Shown here piece after piece: positions 63,378 to 64,000 of a stretch of DNA of 64,000 nucleotides (positions within the stretch are counted from its first letter, which is position 1; each line of letters starts with the position of its first letter). This DNA is from Escherichia phage moskry. The translations under genes were made by a program, and so were the position numbers. The stretch lies in sequence record MN850651.1; one strand, 5' to 3'. The notes under the pieces are model-generated. The model was not told where the DNA came from, did not search any database, and saw only the letters and a program-made list of their open reading frames with translations.

Positions 63378-64000
63378 TTATTTCAGTAAAGTTACTTCAG
63401 AGATTTCCTCCCAACCATCTTTATCAGTTGAAATAAAATCTGCTACATAAAGAGCCGTACGTAATGATACATTGCGAAGACGAGATACGTTAGCCTTCAT
63501 CCAGGACAATGCTTTATACGTTTCTGCATCAGTCAGACCACGTTTCTGCATCATGTCAGTAGATAATATTACATCTTCAACTCGAACCATAATCTCTTCA
63601 TTAGAGTGTACTCCAAGGTCGAGATACACTGAACGAGATACTAAAGCTTGAAGGTGTGGAGCAAGTTTCGAACCGCGTTCTAACTCTTTATCGATATCAA
63701 CGTTTGTAATGAAAACGATAGTACCTTCAAACTCAAATTCTTTATCAATACCCTTATCATCGAGATAAGATGACGCAGTGCTCCAACAAACTTTGCGTTT
63801 ATCTCCGGTATCTAATGCTGCTTTAAGAAGATTCAAGATGTCCATATCTGAGAATACGTCAACGTCATCGATTAAGAGAACGCTGTCTGCATCACGGTTG
63901 AGCCAAAGTTGTTCGTAAAGGCCAATACCAGAGATTTTACCATTAATGCTTTTGTATTTGATGAAACCATTATCATTAGCATTATTAAGTGCTTTATCCA
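63378..64000 (-). CDS. hypothetical protein, N-terminal part beyond window end; possible ATPase (Walker-B-like LLIDDVD)
   Basis: Track ORF 63378-63845 starts at a Met with no RBS, and the same frame stays open to position 64000 (..SINGKISGIGLYEQLWLNRDADSVLLIDDVDVFSDMDILN..). Confidence 0.45.
   Translation of the reverse strand, partial: DKALNNANDNGFIKYKSINGKISGIGLYEQLWLNRDADSVLLIDDVDVFSDMDILNLLKAALDTGDKRKVCWSTASSYLDDKGIDKEFEFEGTIVFITNVDIDKELERGSKLAPHLQALVSRSVYLDLGVHSNEEIMVRVEDVILSTDMMQKRGLTDAETYKALSWMKANVSRLRNVSLRTALYVADFISTDKDGWEEISEVTLLK

Noticed and set aside
1-64000. tRNA genes, integrase/transposase, CRISPR arrays, prophage att sites
   Set aside because: No cloverleaf-compatible segments in the few non-coding gaps, no recombinase motifs, no repeat-spacer arrays; the window is lytic-phage core/accessory DNA.

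Overview
The window is a gene-dense stretch of a T4-like (Tevenvirinae) myovirus genome. It opens with the end of the late tail-fibre/lysis block on the + strand (gp37 C-terminus, gp38, holin t), then runs about 60 kb of early/middle genes almost entirely on the - strand: asiA, motA, topoisomerase II (gp52, unsplit gp39), ndd, rIIB/rIIA, dexA, dda, modA/modB, soc, dCTPase gp56, primase gp61, helicase gp41, uvsX, a gene-42-like hydroxymethylase, DNA polymerase gp43 (RB69-type as far as I can recall the sequence), regA, clamp loader gp62/gp44, clamp gp45, gp46/gp47, late sigma gp55, nrdG/nrdD, endonuclease VII and nrdC. I saw no tRNA, CRISPR, transposon, intron or homing endonuclease. The most interesting feature is a co-oriented module between uvsX and gene 43 (33482-40034) where T4 carries beta-gt/42/imm: a SIS sugar-phosphate isomerase, a small HAD phosphatase, a fused sugar-1-phosphate nucleotidyltransferase/anomeric-kinase protein, and three uncharacterised proteins next to the TS-fold hydroxymethylase. 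Together with a GT-B-like protein between rIIA.1 and gene 39, and no large ORF at the T4 alpha-gt position, this looks like a phage-encoded route to an activated pentose (arabinose-like) donor for glycosylating hydroxymethyl-pyrimidine DNA; this is inference from motifs, not a verified function. Other signals are T4-type early promoters (GTTTAC-N17/18-TAtAaT) with dyad symmetry around the -10, four near-identical 30-bp promoter copies, CGAA/UUCG-tetraloop terminator hairpins, TAATG stop/start overlaps and tandem paralog arrays. CDS coordinates follow the supplied ORF track, with starts moved to internal Met/GTG where the track's 5' extension is implausible; the track uses TTG/GTG starts in places. 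Promoter and hairpin coordinates were read by eye and are approximate (about +/-2 nt).
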